From: Longimicrobiales bacterium
GTDB lineage: Bacteria; Gemmatimonadota; Gemmatimonadetes; Longimicrobiales; Gaopeijiaceae
Direction of reading: 5' to 3'
DNA: 64,000 nt
Assembly (NCBI GenBank): GCA_965248195.1
Contig: CBDFIQ010000001.1
Location: 1,024,001-1,088,000, forward strand
Part shown: positions 10,023 through 20,388 of the stretch, one piece after another
Numbering within the stretch: the stretch's first letter is position 1
Layout: the number at the start of each line of letters is the position of its first letter
The notes under the pieces: model-generated
The model's database searches: none
What the model saw: only the letters and a program-made list of their open reading frames with translations
Told to the model about the DNA's origin: nothing
Translations under genes and position numbers: made by a program

Positions 10023-11657
10023 TCACACCTGAAAGACCCCCACACGCATTCCCTGCTCGGGCGCGACACGACACGCCACACGCAGGAGGTGCTTCAGGAC
10101 GTCGCGTGTTGCCCGCGGATCGATGATCGCATCCACCCAGAGGTGCGCCGCCGCGTGGTACGGACTCACGGTGGCCTCGTAAGTCCGACGGATCCGGTCC
10201 AGGATTGCCTGCGCTTCCTTCTCGGGCAGTCCCTCCGGCATCTTCGCAGACTCGATGCTGAGAATCGTGTCCGCGGCCTGGTCGCCTCCCATCACGGCGA
10301 TCTGGGCCGACGGCCACGCGATCATGAAGCGGGGGCCGAAAGCCCGTCCGCAGAGCGCGTAGTTGCCGGCGCCGTAGCTGTTCCCGATCACGAGCGTGAT
10401 CTTGGGGACCTCGGAGTTGCTCACTGCGTTCACGAGCTTCGCACCGTCCTTGATGATGCCTCCCTGCTCGGCGCGGGTGCCGACCATGAATCCCGTCACG
10501 TCTTGCACGAAGATGAGCGGGACCATCTTCTGGTTGCAGTTGAGGACGAAACGGGCCGCCTTGTCGGCGGAGTCCGAGTAGAGCACTCCCCCGATCCGTA
10601 TCTCCCCTTTGGCGGTCTTCGTGTTGAGACGCTGGCTCGCGACAATCCCTACAACGCGCCCTCCGATGCGAGCCGTGCCCGTGACGAGGGACTTGCCGTA
10701 CTCCTCCTTGTACTCTTCCCAGCTTCCCGCATCGATAATCGCGCCAAGGATATCGTGCGTGTCGTAGGCGGACCGCCGATCCGCGGGGAGAAGATCGAGA
10801 AGGCGCTCGGAATCCTCCGCGGAAGCCCGTGTCTCGGATTCACGGTAGGTCGAGGGTCCCGAATCCGGCCACTGGGCTGCCAGACGCCTTGTGCGCGCGA
10901 GACAGCTCGCGTCGTCCTCGTCCTCGAAATCCGCCATGCCGCTCAGGCGAGTGTGAGTCGAGCTTCCTCCGAGCGCCTCGATGTCCGCGTCCTCGCCGAT
11001 CGCCGCCTTGACGAGGTACGGGCCGCCCAGGAAGATGCCGCTCGTTCCTTTGACCATGAGGATCTCGTCACAAAGAGCCGGAACGTATGCCCCTCCCGCC
11101 ACGCAGGGGCCCATTACAGCTGCGATCTGCGGCACTCCCATCGCCGAAAGGCGCGCATTGTTATAGAAGATGCGTCCGGCGTGGTCGTGGTCCGGAAACG
11201 AATCGTGCTGGAGAGGTAGAAAAAGCCCGCCCGAGTCCACCAGATAGATGAGGGGCAGGCGGTTCTCCATGCCGATCTGCTGCGCCCTCAAGATCTTCTT
11301 GATCGTCAGTGGAAACCATGTCCCACTCTTCACCATCGAGTCGTTGGCGATCACGATGCAGTCGTGGTCGCTCACCTGGCCCAGCACGGTGCGCACCCCG
11401 GCGGACTCGATCTGTCCGTGCTCTGGATAGTCCCCCTGCGCGGCGAACGCCCCCACCTCGAAGCGCGGCGCCTCGGGGTCGAACAGCAGATCGAGCCGCT
11501 CCGGGATCGTGAGCTTACTCTTCGAGTGCTGCTTGGCAATCGCCTCGTCCGAGCCGGCCCGCGCGTTCTCTTCAAGACGTCGGTGCAGCTCCTCGATCGC
11601 CTCCAGATTCGCCTCGCGGTTGGAGGTGGGCTTCGGCTTCGAGGTGGAGTCCGCCAT
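10023..11657 (-). CDS. Acyl-CoA carboxylase carboxyltransferase beta subunit (methylcrotonyl-CoA carboxylase type)
   Basis: YLVDSGG, GPCVAGGAY, GFMVG, SYGAGNY, WVDAIIDP; start MADSTSK overlaps the upstream stop (TGATG). Confidence 0.92.
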   Translation of the reverse strand: MADSTSKPKPTSNREANLEAIEELHRRLEENARAGSDEAIAKQHSKSKLTIPERLDLLFDPEAPRFEVGAFAAQGDYPEHGQIESAGVRTVLGQVSDHDCIVIANDSMVKSGTWFPLTIKKILRAQQIGMENRLPLIYLVDSGGLFLPLQHDSFPDHDHAGRIFYNNARLSAMGVPQIAAVMGPCVAGGAYVPALCDEILMVKGTSGIFLGGPYLVKAAIGEDADIEALGGSSTHTRLSGMADFEDEDDASCLARTRRLAAQWPDSGPSTYRESETRASAEDSERLLDLLPADRRSAYDTHDILGAIIDAGSWEEYKEEYGKSLVTGTARIGGRVVGIVASQRLNTKTAKGEIRIGGVLYSDSADKAARFVLNCNQKMVPLIFVQDVTGFMVGTRAEQGGIIKDGAKLVNAVSNSEVPKITLVIGNSYGAGNYALCGRAFGPRFMIAWPSAQIAVMGGDQAADTILSIESAKMPEGLPEKEAQAILDRIRRTYEATVSPYHAAAHLWVDAIIDPRATRDVLKHLLRVACRVAPEQGMRVGVFQV

Positions 11658-12427
11658 CAGTCGCTCCACGTGAGCGGCAGCTTGCCACGAAACGCCTCGA
11701 GGCCTCGCCGGGCTTCCGGTGAAGTCACCGCTCGGCGGAACTCCATCTGAGCGGCGCGCAGCTCTTCGGCGAGATCCCCTTGTGACTGCGTGATCAGGTA
11801 CTCCTTGGTCCGGCGCATGGCTACTCCCGAGTTCTCCTGCAGCAACTTCAGGGCGCACGCCTCCGCTTCGACGGTCGCCGATTCGGACGCCAGAAAGTCC
11901 GCCAGGCCTACGCGGACCGAGCGCTCGGCGTTGCAGGTGATTCCCGTGGTCACGATGCCCGAGAGCGTGAGTGGAGAGACCCGACGGCGCACGACGACCG
12001 AGACGAGCGCCGGCACCACTCCGATCCGTGTCTCCGGAAAGGCGAACAGGGCCTTAGGGCCGGCCCAGACCAGGTCGGCCGCGAGCACGAGGCCTCCCCC
12101 GCCGCCCATGACGGGTCCGTCGACCCCGCACAGAAGCGGGATGGGAAGCGTAAGGAGCTTACCGTACACTTCGGCCAGAAGAGTCCCGAACCGGCCAGCC
12201 TCGTCCGGATCGTCTAGTGGCACGGCGGACAGATCCATGCCCGAGCAGAACGCCTTGCCGCGTGCGGTCACGAGGACGACGTGCGTCGAGGCGTCGTCCC
12301 TCACGGTGTCGATGGCTCGAGACAACTCCTCGATCATCTCGAGTGAGAGGGCATTTCGCTTCTCGGGACGGTTCAGAGTGATGCGCGCGAGCCCTCCGGC
12401 GACTTCGTGCAGGATCGAATCGCTCAA
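11657..12427 (-). CDS. Enoyl-CoA hydratase/isomerase family protein
   Basis: ITLNRPEKRNALS, AFCSGMDL, FAFPETRIG; TTG start overlaps the upstream stop. Confidence 0.9.
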   Translation of the reverse strand: MSDSILHEVAGGLARITLNRPEKRNALSLEMIEELSRAIDTVRDDASTHVVLVTARGKAFCSGMDLSAVPLDDPDEAGRFGTLLAEVYGKLLTLPIPLLCGVDGPVMGGGGGLVLAADLVWAGPKALFAFPETRIGVVPALVSVVVRRRVSPLTLSGIVTTGITCNAERSVRVGLADFLASESATVEAEACALKLLQENSGVAMRRTKEYLITQSQGDLAEELRAAQMEFRRAVTSPEARRGLEAFRGKLPLTWSD

Positions 12428-12858
12428 GGACCTTCCTCCCCCAGAGCTTCGAGGCGGGCTTTCAACTTTTCCGGAGCGTCGTCGATGATAAAATCTGCCG
12501 GGAGCCGCTCCCCCCAATGGGCCTGGACCTCCCCAGCCAGATCCGGCGGCACCTCCAGCGGCATGCGAAAGAGTGCCTGGGCGTACGTCTTCCCCTGGGC
12601 GTCGAGCCTCAGAGAGACCGAACCCCCACCCCCGAGCGCCTCGTGAACGAGGAAGTTGAGGGCGCTCAGATTGGGAAGCTCGTAGCGCTCGACCTCGCCT
12701 TGGGCGAGCGTCCCCAGAAATCCTCGGACGTGCTCCGCAGTCAACTCCCGGGAAAGGAACTCGTACCATTCGTCGCGGCGTGCAATGACGCCGATGTTCA
12801 CCATATCGCCTTTGTCTCCCGAGCGGCCGTGGGCGAGCAGAAAAAGTCTAGCTCGCAT
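12424..12858 (-). CDS. AtuA-related small protein (ferredoxin-like C-terminal domain)
   Basis: AHGRSGDKGD, VERYELPNL, SLRLDAQGK motifs. Confidence 0.85.
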   Translation of the reverse strand: MRARLFLLAHGRSGDKGDMVNIGVIARRDEWYEFLSRELTAEHVRGFLGTLAQGEVERYELPNLSALNFLVHEALGGGGSVSLRLDAQGKTYAQALFRMPLEVPPDLAGEVQAHWGERLPADFIIDDAPEKLKARLEALGEEGP

Positions 12859-14215
12859 TCGTCAACACCTCGGCCCGCGGATGAATTTGACTTCTCGGTA
12901 CGAGACCCGACCAGATGGCCCTGAGCTGCGAGGCCCGTGGACGACCGCCTGCGTATCCGGTGGCTCCCGGCGGCCCGGTCAGGACAAGGCCGATCAACTC
13001 CCGGCCCAGGTAATCGCACGCGGCGCGGTCACTCGAACGTGCGGAAACGCGTAGCACGACCTCCGGAGGGTCTCCCGGTGGCGGTCCAACCGCTCCCAGA
13101 CAAGCGCCCGCACCGACCGTCTCGATCAACCACTCGTCGAACTTGTCGCACCCCAGGCGATCCTCCGTCCGGCGTCTGACCAGATTACCGGCGGCGCGTG
13201 CCTTCTCGATAGCCTCGGGCCAGCAGTAGGTCATCTGCCCACTCACCTTCCAACCCGCATCGTAAACACAGGACACCTTGAGTGTGTCCGGGGCGGCGCG
13301 TCCTTTGACGCCACTGATACCCACACGGTCCTTTTCGAGCTGCTCGAGCTCTATGGTCGTGAAGTCCGCAATACAATCGGCGGTCATGTACGCACGTGGG
13401 TCGCCGATCTCGTAGAGCAACTGTTCCTTCACGGAGGCCAGGGTCACGAGTCCGCCCAGGGTCTCATGTTTGGTGATGACCGCGCGATCGCACGCGCTGA
13501 TCTCCACGATGGGGAATCCGATTCGCTCCGGGTCGGGAACGGCACGCCAGTTCTCCAGGTAGTTGCCCCCGGTCGACTGCGCGCCGCATTCGATGATGTG
13601 GCCACAGATCGTGCCGAGCGCCAATACGTCCCAGTCGTCCGGGGCGATGTCGAATTCGTGAATCATGGGTGCCAGAGCGAGCGCGGTGTCGGTGCAGCGT
13701 CCCGTGACCACGATTTGTGCTTCCTCCCCCAACGCCTCGACAATAGCTTGCGCGCCGAGATACACGTGAGCGCTCGTCAGTTTCGGGGCGACCTCGAGAA
13801 AGGGCGCCTCTGTTCGATCCAGCGGCGTGATCGGAATCTGTGGACCCCCCTCGGCCGTGAGCGGCCCGAGGATCTCGTCTCCTTCCACGATGCCCACCCG
13901 GAGCCCAGCGATTCCTTGCTCCTTCGCTCGAGCGAGGAGCGCTTGAGCACAGGCGCGCGGGTTAACCCCCCCGGCGCTCGCGATCACCTTGATATTCCGA
14001 TCGACGATCTCCGGCAGGAGGTCGCCGATGTCGTCCACGAAGTCGCGGGCGTATCCGGCCTGCGGGTCGCGCCGGTGCTGCTTGTCGAGGATCGCGATCG
14101 TCACCTCGGCGAGGTAGTCCAAGACGAGGTAATCGATCGGACCCGAACGCACTTGAAGGAGCGGCGCCTGGGGCCAGTCGCCCCAGAAGGCCTGTCCACT
14201 GGCGATCCGAATCAT
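12848..14215 (-). CDS. AtuA/DUF1446 acyclic terpene utilisation family protein
   Basis: IRIASGQAFWGD, DYLAEVT, GHIIECGAQSTGGN, EQLLYEIGDP. Confidence 0.9.
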   Translation of the reverse strand: MIRIASGQAFWGDWPQAPLLQVRSGPIDYLVLDYLAEVTIAILDKQHRRDPQAGYARDFVDDIGDLLPEIVDRNIKVIASAGGVNPRACAQALLARAKEQGIAGLRVGIVEGDEILGPLTAEGGPQIPITPLDRTEAPFLEVAPKLTSAHVYLGAQAIVEALGEEAQIVVTGRCTDTALALAPMIHEFDIAPDDWDVLALGTICGHIIECGAQSTGGNYLENWRAVPDPERIGFPIVEISACDRAVITKHETLGGLVTLASVKEQLLYEIGDPRAYMTADCIADFTTIELEQLEKDRVGISGVKGRAAPDTLKVSCVYDAGWKVSGQMTYCWPEAIEKARAAGNLVRRRTEDRLGCDKFDEWLIETVGAGACLGAVGPPPGDPPEVVLRVSARSSDRAACDYLGRELIGLVLTGPPGATGYAGGRPRASQLRAIWSGLVPRSQIHPRAEVLTNAS

Positions 14216-14275
14216 GAGATCACCGGCCCCCCGCATCGGTACCGCGGGCCTTCGCTCTCCTTGCCGGACTTTCCT

Positions 14276-15442
14276 TCACGGTGAGTCCGGGCCTTCGCCG
14301 AGGCCGCGTGCGACGCCCCGCGCGATGATGACGCGCAGGATCTCGCTCGTTCCCTCGCCGATCTCACAGAGCTTCGCATCTCGCAGGTACCGCTCGACAT
14401 TGTACTCACGCAGGTAGCCGTATCCGCCGTGCACCTGAATCGCCTCCAGGCACGCCTTCGTCGCCATCTCCGAGATGAAGAGCTTGGTGATGGCGGCGTC
14501 CTGTGTCGTCGCCTTGCCGTCGTCCAGCAGTTGAACGGCTCGGTAGAGAAGAGCCCGAGCCGCCTCGCTCTGCGTCACCATGTCGGCCAGCTTCGCCTGG
14601 ATGAGCTGCCGTCGGGCGATGGGCTTTCCGAATGTCTCCCGCTCGTTCGCGTAGCGGACACTGTCCTCGAGCGCGCCCCGGGCCAACCCCAGCGCCAGGG
14701 CGGAGATCATGATGCGGCCTCCGAGGAGAACCAGCTCGACATCCCGGAACGCCTTGTCGAGGACGCCTAGCAGTTGGTCCCCGGGCACTCGCACATCCTC
14801 CATGTTCAACGACACGGTGTCGGAGGAGCGCATTCCGAGCTTGTCCTCGGGCTTACCGGTGCTGAGGCCCGGGGTGTCCCGGTCCACCACGAATGCGCTG
14901 ATGCCGCGCTTACCCTTCGACGGGTCCGTCACGGCCATGACGACGTACGTGCCGGCTCGGACGCCGTTGGTGACGAACTGCTTTGCGCCATTCAGTACCC
15001 ACGAGTCACCGTCCCTGACAGCAAGGGTCCTCAGGGCGGCCGCGTCGGTGCCTGATCCGGGCTCGCTCAGACACCAACTGCCGATCCGCTCTCCCGACGC
15101 GAGCGCGGGGAGCCAGCGCTTCTTCTGCTCTGGCGTCGCGGCGACCAGGATGTGTCGACAGCACAGCCCGTTGTGGGCTTCCACGGCGAGGGCGAGGCCA
15201 CCGTCATGGCGGGCAATCTCCTCGAGCACGATGGCGAACTGCATGTGGTCGCCGTCGGCGCCACCGTACTCCTCGGGCACCAGGATACCCATGAATCCTT
15301 GCTGTCCAAGGACTTGGGGCATCTCATCCGGATAACCTTCGGCGCGATCCCAGGCCTGTGCATGAGGCGCGACCTGCTCCTTCGCGAAGCGAGCTACCGC
15401 CGCTCGCAGAGCCATCAGCTCTTCGGAAAGGTCGAAGTCCAT
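14276..15442 (-). CDS. Acyl-CoA dehydrogenase
   Basis: LSEPGSGTD, KLGMRSSDT, QVHGGYGY, EIGEGTSEI. Confidence 0.95.
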   Translation of the reverse strand: MDFDLSEELMALRAAVARFAKEQVAPHAQAWDRAEGYPDEMPQVLGQQGFMGILVPEEYGGADGDHMQFAIVLEEIARHDGGLALAVEAHNGLCCRHILVAATPEQKKRWLPALASGERIGSWCLSEPGSGTDAAALRTLAVRDGDSWVLNGAKQFVTNGVRAGTYVVMAVTDPSKGKRGISAFVVDRDTPGLSTGKPEDKLGMRSSDTVSLNMEDVRVPGDQLLGVLDKAFRDVELVLLGGRIMISALALGLARGALEDSVRYANERETFGKPIARRQLIQAKLADMVTQSEAARALLYRAVQLLDDGKATTQDAAITKLFISEMATKACLEAIQVHGGYGYLREYNVERYLRDAKLCEIGEGTSEILRVIIARGVARGLGEGPDSP

Positions 15443-15661
15443 GTTTCTCTCACCCCCAGGTTGGGCTGCGTCGCCTGAATTGTCTGAATGCCCGCTCAGT
15501 GGCCAGGGGAGAGGCGCACGACGCGAAACTCATCCGCACCCATCAAAAACTATAGCATCATCAAGCGAGCTGCGACGGCACAGCACTCGCCTTGCACCCG
15601 CGGCTCTACATCGCATGTTACGTGACCGACCCGAGCACGAACCTCAGACGGAGAACGTCCC

Positions 15662-16564
15662 ATGCGCCGCACCCTCTCATTTTTCGCGCTGTTCGCGCTG
15701 GCCTCGCCGGGCCTTGCCTCATCGCAGAACTTCGACGCGGTCGAGATCCAGACCCAGCGGGTCTCCTCGGGTGTGTACATGCTGCTCGGCCAGGGCGGTA
15801 ACATCGGAGTGTTCGTCGGCGAGGACGGCGTCTTCGTCATCGACGACCAGTACGCGCCGCTGACCGACAAGATTCTGGCCGCCATCGGGGCGATCACGTC
15901 CGAGCCCGTCCGCTTCGTGTTCAACACGCACTGGCATGGGGACCACACCGGGGGCAACGAGAACCTCGGAAGGACAGGGGCCCTCATCGTGGCGCACGAA
16001 AACGTCCGAGAGCGCCTCAGCATGGACCAATTGCTGGAGCGGGTGGGCAGGGAGCCCGCGTCGGAACCGGCGCGTCCGGACGGCGCGCTGCCCGTCATCA
16101 CGTTCGCGGAGGACGTGACGTTCCACCTGAACGGGGATGAGCTGCACGCGTTCCACGTGTCGAATGCTCACACGGACGGCGACGCCATCGTACACTTCCG
16201 GCGTGCGAACGTGGTCCACATGGGCGACACGTTTTTCCGGGACCGCTTCCCCTTCATCGATACGGCCACGGGCGGCTCGATCGATGGGATGATCGCCGCG
16301 GCGGGTGCGGCGCTCGCTGTCATGGACGGTTCCACAAGGGTCATCCCGGGCCACGGCGCGCTTTCGACGCGCGAGGACCTGAGAGCCTACCGGGACGCGC
16401 TCAAGTCGATGCGCGACGGGGTCGCGGCGCTCATGGAGCAAGGCCACTCGCTAGAGCGCATTCAGGGTTTTCGTCCGATCCAGGCCCAGGCCCGGGCGTG
16501 GGGTCAGGACGAGGCCGCCGAGCGCAATTTCGTGGCTACGATCCACCACGGATTGGCGCGTTAG
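15662..16564 (+). CDS. Secreted MBL-fold metallo-hydrolase (cyclase-like)
   Basis: Signal peptide, NTHWHGDH, AHTDGD, HMGD, IPGHG. Confidence 0.9.
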   Translation: MRRTLSFFALFALASPGLASSQNFDAVEIQTQRVSSGVYMLLGQGGNIGVFVGEDGVFVIDDQYAPLTDKILAAIGAITSEPVRFVFNTHWHGDHTGGNENLGRTGALIVAHENVRERLSMDQLLERVGREPASEPARPDGALPVITFAEDVTFHLNGDELHAFHVSNAHTDGDAIVHFRRANVVHMGDTFFRDRFPFIDTATGGSIDGMIAAAGAALAVMDGSTRVIPGHGALSTREDLRAYRDALKSMRDGVAALMEQGHSLERIQGFRPIQAQARAWGQDEAAERNFVATIHHGLAR

Positions 16565-16568
16565 GGGC

Positions 16569-17108
16569 CTACCTGGATGACGGCGGCACGATTCCCTTGA
16601 TCCGCATGTAGGTCACCAAGTTGCCGTAGTGCTCGTAGTTGTGAACGGAGTTGAAGGCGAGCACACCGGCGACGGTGTTTGGAGAGCCGAACAGGTCGGT
16701 CGCCGCCACCGCCCGCTCGTCGGTCGTCTGCGCGAAGACCCGCTCGCAATAGGCGAAGCCCAGCTCGAGCGCATCGATGATCTCCGCCTTGTGCGTCCGT
16801 GTTTCCTCGAAGTTCTCGGCTCTGGGGTTGGTCTCGCCCGCCGCAGTCGCGCAGAGATTGAACTGCCAGTCGGCGATGTGGGCTAGGATCTTGCCGGTGC
16901 TCCGGACTTCGTCCGTCGGTCGGAACGCGTACACCTCGTCGTTCAGCATCTCGGCCGTCACCATGATGTTGGTCTTGGTGACATCAAAGACGCTCTTCAA
17001 CGACTGGACGAGGGGGTTCTGGGCCGACAGCGAGGGCGGCGAGGCGAGTATCACCGTCACGGCGGCAATGAGATAGCGCTTGGTCATGGGTTTCATCGTA
17101 GACGCCAT
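16569..17108 (-). CDS. Secreted DinB-family protein
   Basis: AFRPTDEVRS...LAHIA and HNYEHYGNLVTYMR. Confidence 0.85.
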   Translation of the reverse strand: MASTMKPMTKRYLIAAVTVILASPPSLSAQNPLVQSLKSVFDVTKTNIMVTAEMLNDEVYAFRPTDEVRSTGKILAHIADWQFNLCATAAGETNPRAENFEETRTHKAEIIDALELGFAYCERVFAQTTDERAVAATDLFGSPNTVAGVLAFNSVHNYEHYGNLVTYMRIKGIVPPSSR

Positions 17109-17892
17109 TCGCCCCCTTGTCGATAGCGCGGGGCCGGGGGGGAGGCGGAACGCCTCTCTGGTGGTGGTGCCCCGAAAGCCGCATTCTCAGCGGCGAGGGC
17201 TATTCGTGCTCACCACAGGAAGGCATCATGGCGATCGACACCCAGAAGGTCATGGTCGGCGGCGTCGCAGCGGGCGTTGCGGAATGGACATCCCGAACCG
17301 CCAGGACTGATAGACCGACACTGGTGAAGACGATGTGTCTCTCGGTACTCGTCGTGCTCCTGACGGGCGCCAGCGCCCGTGCCCAGGACGCGCCGATCAC
17401 CATTCGGGCGGGCCGGCTCCTGGACGGTGTCGGCGGGGTGGCGGAGAACGTCACTATCACGGTCGAAGGGTCGCGCATCACCGGGCTGGGCACGTCATCC
17501 GGCCCGGTCACCCACGACCTGTCGGATCTGACGGTGATGCCCGGCTGGATCGACACACATGTGCACCTGGCCAACCACTTCGACGCCGACGGACGCAACC
17601 ACAGTGACCCGGACGAGACTCCGGCGCAGGCGATCCTCTACGCGGCCGAGAACGCCTATCTCACGTTGATGGCCGGCTTCACCACGGTCCAGAGCCTGGG
17701 AAGCCCTGGAGACCGGGACCTACGCGAGGCGGTCGCGCGTGGCAGCCTGCCGGGACCGCGCGTGCTCACGTCTCTCCGGGCCGTTAACGCGCGCACCGGC
17801 ACCCCGGATGAGATCAGAGCATTCGTGCGTCAGCTGGAGACAGACGGCGCGGACGTCGTGAAGGTCTTTGCGTCTGCGAGCATCCGGGAAGG

Positions 17893-19268
17893 GGTAGTGT
17901 CCCTAGATTTGTGTAAAAGCGGATAAGCTGGACAGGAGGGAAAGAAAAACGGAAGCTCCTCTGTTGTTGTTCACTGTCACATGAACCCGGGAGTCCGGGT
18001 CTGCAGAGCAGGCTCGGAACCGGAGAGGAGCTTCCGATGCAAGAGATTGTGGAGATCGGTCGGGCCACGCAAGACGAGCTACGCGATGATTTGCGCGAGC
18101 TGTTTCAAGGCGCGATCCGGCTGACGCTCGAGATGGTGCTGGAAGAGGAGCTGAAGGCCATGGTAGGTGCACGCCGCTTCGAGCGGGTGGGAAGCCGGAA
18201 GGACCATAGGAACGGCACATACCTGAGGCGGCTGCTGACGAGCCTGGGGCAGATCGAGGTCGCCATGCCCCGGAGCCGGGACAACGGTTCGCCGGCCGAC
18301 GTGATCGGCCGCTACCAGCGCAGGAGCCCCGAGCTCGACGAGATGATGGTCGAGGCGTATGTGAGCGGCGTGTCACAGCGCAAGATGGGCGACGTCACCG
18401 AGGCGCTGATGGGCGAGCGTGTTGGGCGCTCGACGGTGAGTCGTGTGGCAAAACGGCTCGACGAGGCCGTGGAAGGGCTGCGCCGTGCGCCGATCGAGGG
18501 GCCTCACCCCTATCTGTACCTGGACGCCACGTTCTTGGACGCCCGCTGGGCCCGCAAAGTCGAGAACGTGAGTGCGCTCGTGGCGTATGCAGTGGGCCCT
18601 GAGGGTCACCGACGGCTCCTGGCCGTCACGCTGGGCGCTGAGGAGTCGCAGCAGAGCTGGTCGGAGCTCCTCGAGCAACTCCAGGACCGCGGCCTCGGCG
18701 GTGTCGAGCTCGTGATCGCCGATGAGCACGCAGGCCTGGCAGCTGCGGTCCGCCGCTTCCTGCCCGAGGCACGCCGTCAGAGGTGTACGGTCCATCTGCA
18801 GCGTAATGTGGGGGCGAGGGTCCCCCACCGCCTACGCAAGCGCGTGGCGCGTGAGGTCTCGGTGATCTTCCAGACATCCGGACTCGCCGAGGCGAAGAAG
18901 CTCCTGGGCGAGTTCGGCGCACGCTGGAAGAAGGAGCTGCCCGAGGCCGTGGAGGTCCTGGAGCGGGGCTTCGGGGCAGCGACGCAGTTCTACGCGTTCC
19001 CCGAGGCGCACTGGCCCCGGCTGCGTACCACCAACAGCCTCGAGCGGCTGCACGGCGAGATCAAACGCAGGATCAAGGCCGCCGGCGCCTTCCCGGACCG
19101 GGCCAGCGCCCTCAGGCTCATCACGGCCGTCGCACTCAGGACCACACACGTCTGGGGCGACCGGCGTTACCTCGACCTCTCACTCCTCCAGAAACAGGAG
19201 GTCGCCCAAGCAGCCTAGCCGAAGGCGAGGAGCTTCCTCCGCTTTTACACACAAATCGGGACTTGACC
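17893..19268 (+). mobile_element. IS256-family element, copy 1 (1376 bp)
   Basis: Imperfect terminal IRs GGTAGTGTCC.../GGTCAAGTCC...; 9-bp TSD CCGGGAAGG at 17884-17892 and 19269-19277. Confidence 0.95.
18037..19218 (+). CDS. IS256-family transposase
   Basis: RNG, YLYLDA, IADEHAGL, QRCTVH, RTTNSLER motifs. Confidence 0.96.
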   Translation: MQEIVEIGRATQDELRDDLRELFQGAIRLTLEMVLEEELKAMVGARRFERVGSRKDHRNGTYLRRLLTSLGQIEVAMPRSRDNGSPADVIGRYQRRSPELDEMMVEAYVSGVSQRKMGDVTEALMGERVGRSTVSRVAKRLDEAVEGLRRAPIEGPHPYLYLDATFLDARWARKVENVSALVAYAVGPEGHRRLLAVTLGAEESQQSWSELLEQLQDRGLGGVELVIADEHAGLAAAVRRFLPEARRQRCTVHLQRNVGARVPHRLRKRVAREVSVIFQTSGLAEAKKLLGEFGARWKKELPEAVEVLERGFGAATQFYAFPEAHWPRLRTTNSLERLHGEIKRRIKAAGAFPDRASALRLITAVALRTTHVWGDRRYLDLSLLQKQEVAQAA

Positions 19269-19984
19269 CCGGGAAGGCGGCGTGCAGGTCATGACCGACG
19301 AGCAGATCCAGGCGGTCTGTGCCGAGGTACGTGCGGTCGGGCTGCGTACCGTCGTGCACGCCTACGGGACCCCGAGCCTGACGGCGACCATCCAGGCGGG
19401 GTGCGGTGGGATTGAGCACGGAAACCGGTACAGCGACGCGGTGATCGATCTGATGGTCGAGCGCGGCACTTATCTGGACCCGCACCTAGGGTTGATCTAT
19501 GCCAACTACTTCGACAACAAGGAGCGCTTCCTGGGCCGCGGCAACTACACCGAGGAAGGGTTCACGTTGATGGAGGAGGCGCGGGGCATCGGGTATGGGA
19601 CGTTCCAGCGGACCCTCGCGCGCGGCGGTGTGCGGGTAGTCTACGGCACCGACGCAGTGGCGGGGGCCCACGGACACAACGCCGAAGAGTTCATCTATCG
19701 GGTCCGCGACGGCGAGCAGGACCCAATGGACGCGATCATCTCGGCGACCTCCCGTGCCGCCCAGTCACTCGGGCTCGGCGACCAGGTCGGAACGGTCCGG
19801 CCTGGTCACGAGGCGGATCTCGTCGCGGTCGTCGGTGACCCGCTCGATGACATCACCGCGGTCCGCGACGTCCGGTTCGTAATGAAGGGCGGAGTCGTCT
19901 ACAAGAACCTCGCACGGTAACTGGGAGCTTCTCTAGACTCTCCCGGCCGAGTCGCCGCCTGAAGGTGCCGGCACCTCAGGTAAA

Positions 19985-20386
19985 CTACTTGCTGGTGAGC
20001 CACTCCATGGCTGAGCGTCGCGTTCCGAAGTAGGCCGTCGGGTATGTCGCGGGACCCTCCGTAGCCGGGGGTGCACCGATCGCTGGCATGCCCGCCGGCA
20101 TGAGAAACGCGAAGCGTTCCACGCCCGCGGCATTGTAGCGGGGGATGATGTTCGCGTCCCTCCAGCCCGCGTCCATTCGTTGCATCGGCATGAGGAAAGT
20201 AAGACCGTCGACGAGCACCCTGGATCTGCCCGTCCGCTCGACCTCGGCTGCGAACCGGGACAACCAGTCGTTGAACTCGTCGCCGCTCATGGTTGCCGTG
20301 GAATCGAACCAGCGTATCTCGATGGTGTCGTGCTCGGGTCGCTCGATGACCTCCCCCCAGTCGTCTGTGAACGCGATGCTCGCCAT
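19985..20386 (-). CDS. Hypothetical protein, STAS/SEC14-like
   Basis: MASIAFTDDW start just after DinB; WRDANIIPRYNAAGVERFAF and FGTRRSAMEWL resemble SpoIIAA-like proteins. Confidence 0.6.
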   Translation of the reverse strand: MASIAFTDDWGEVIERPEHDTIEIRWFDSTATMSGDEFNDWLSRFAAEVERTGRSRVLVDGLTFLMPMQRMDAGWRDANIIPRYNAAGVERFAFLMPAGMPAIGAPPATEGPATYPTAYFGTRRSAMEWLTSK

Positions 20387-20388
20387 GC

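Larger units (their letters stand above)
17324..19920 (+). pseudogene. Secreted amidohydrolase interrupted by IS256
   Basis: PGWIDTHVH before the IS; HAYG, EHG, YGTD and ADLV after it; removing the IS and one TSD restores the in-frame SIREGGVQVM. Confidence 0.9.
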
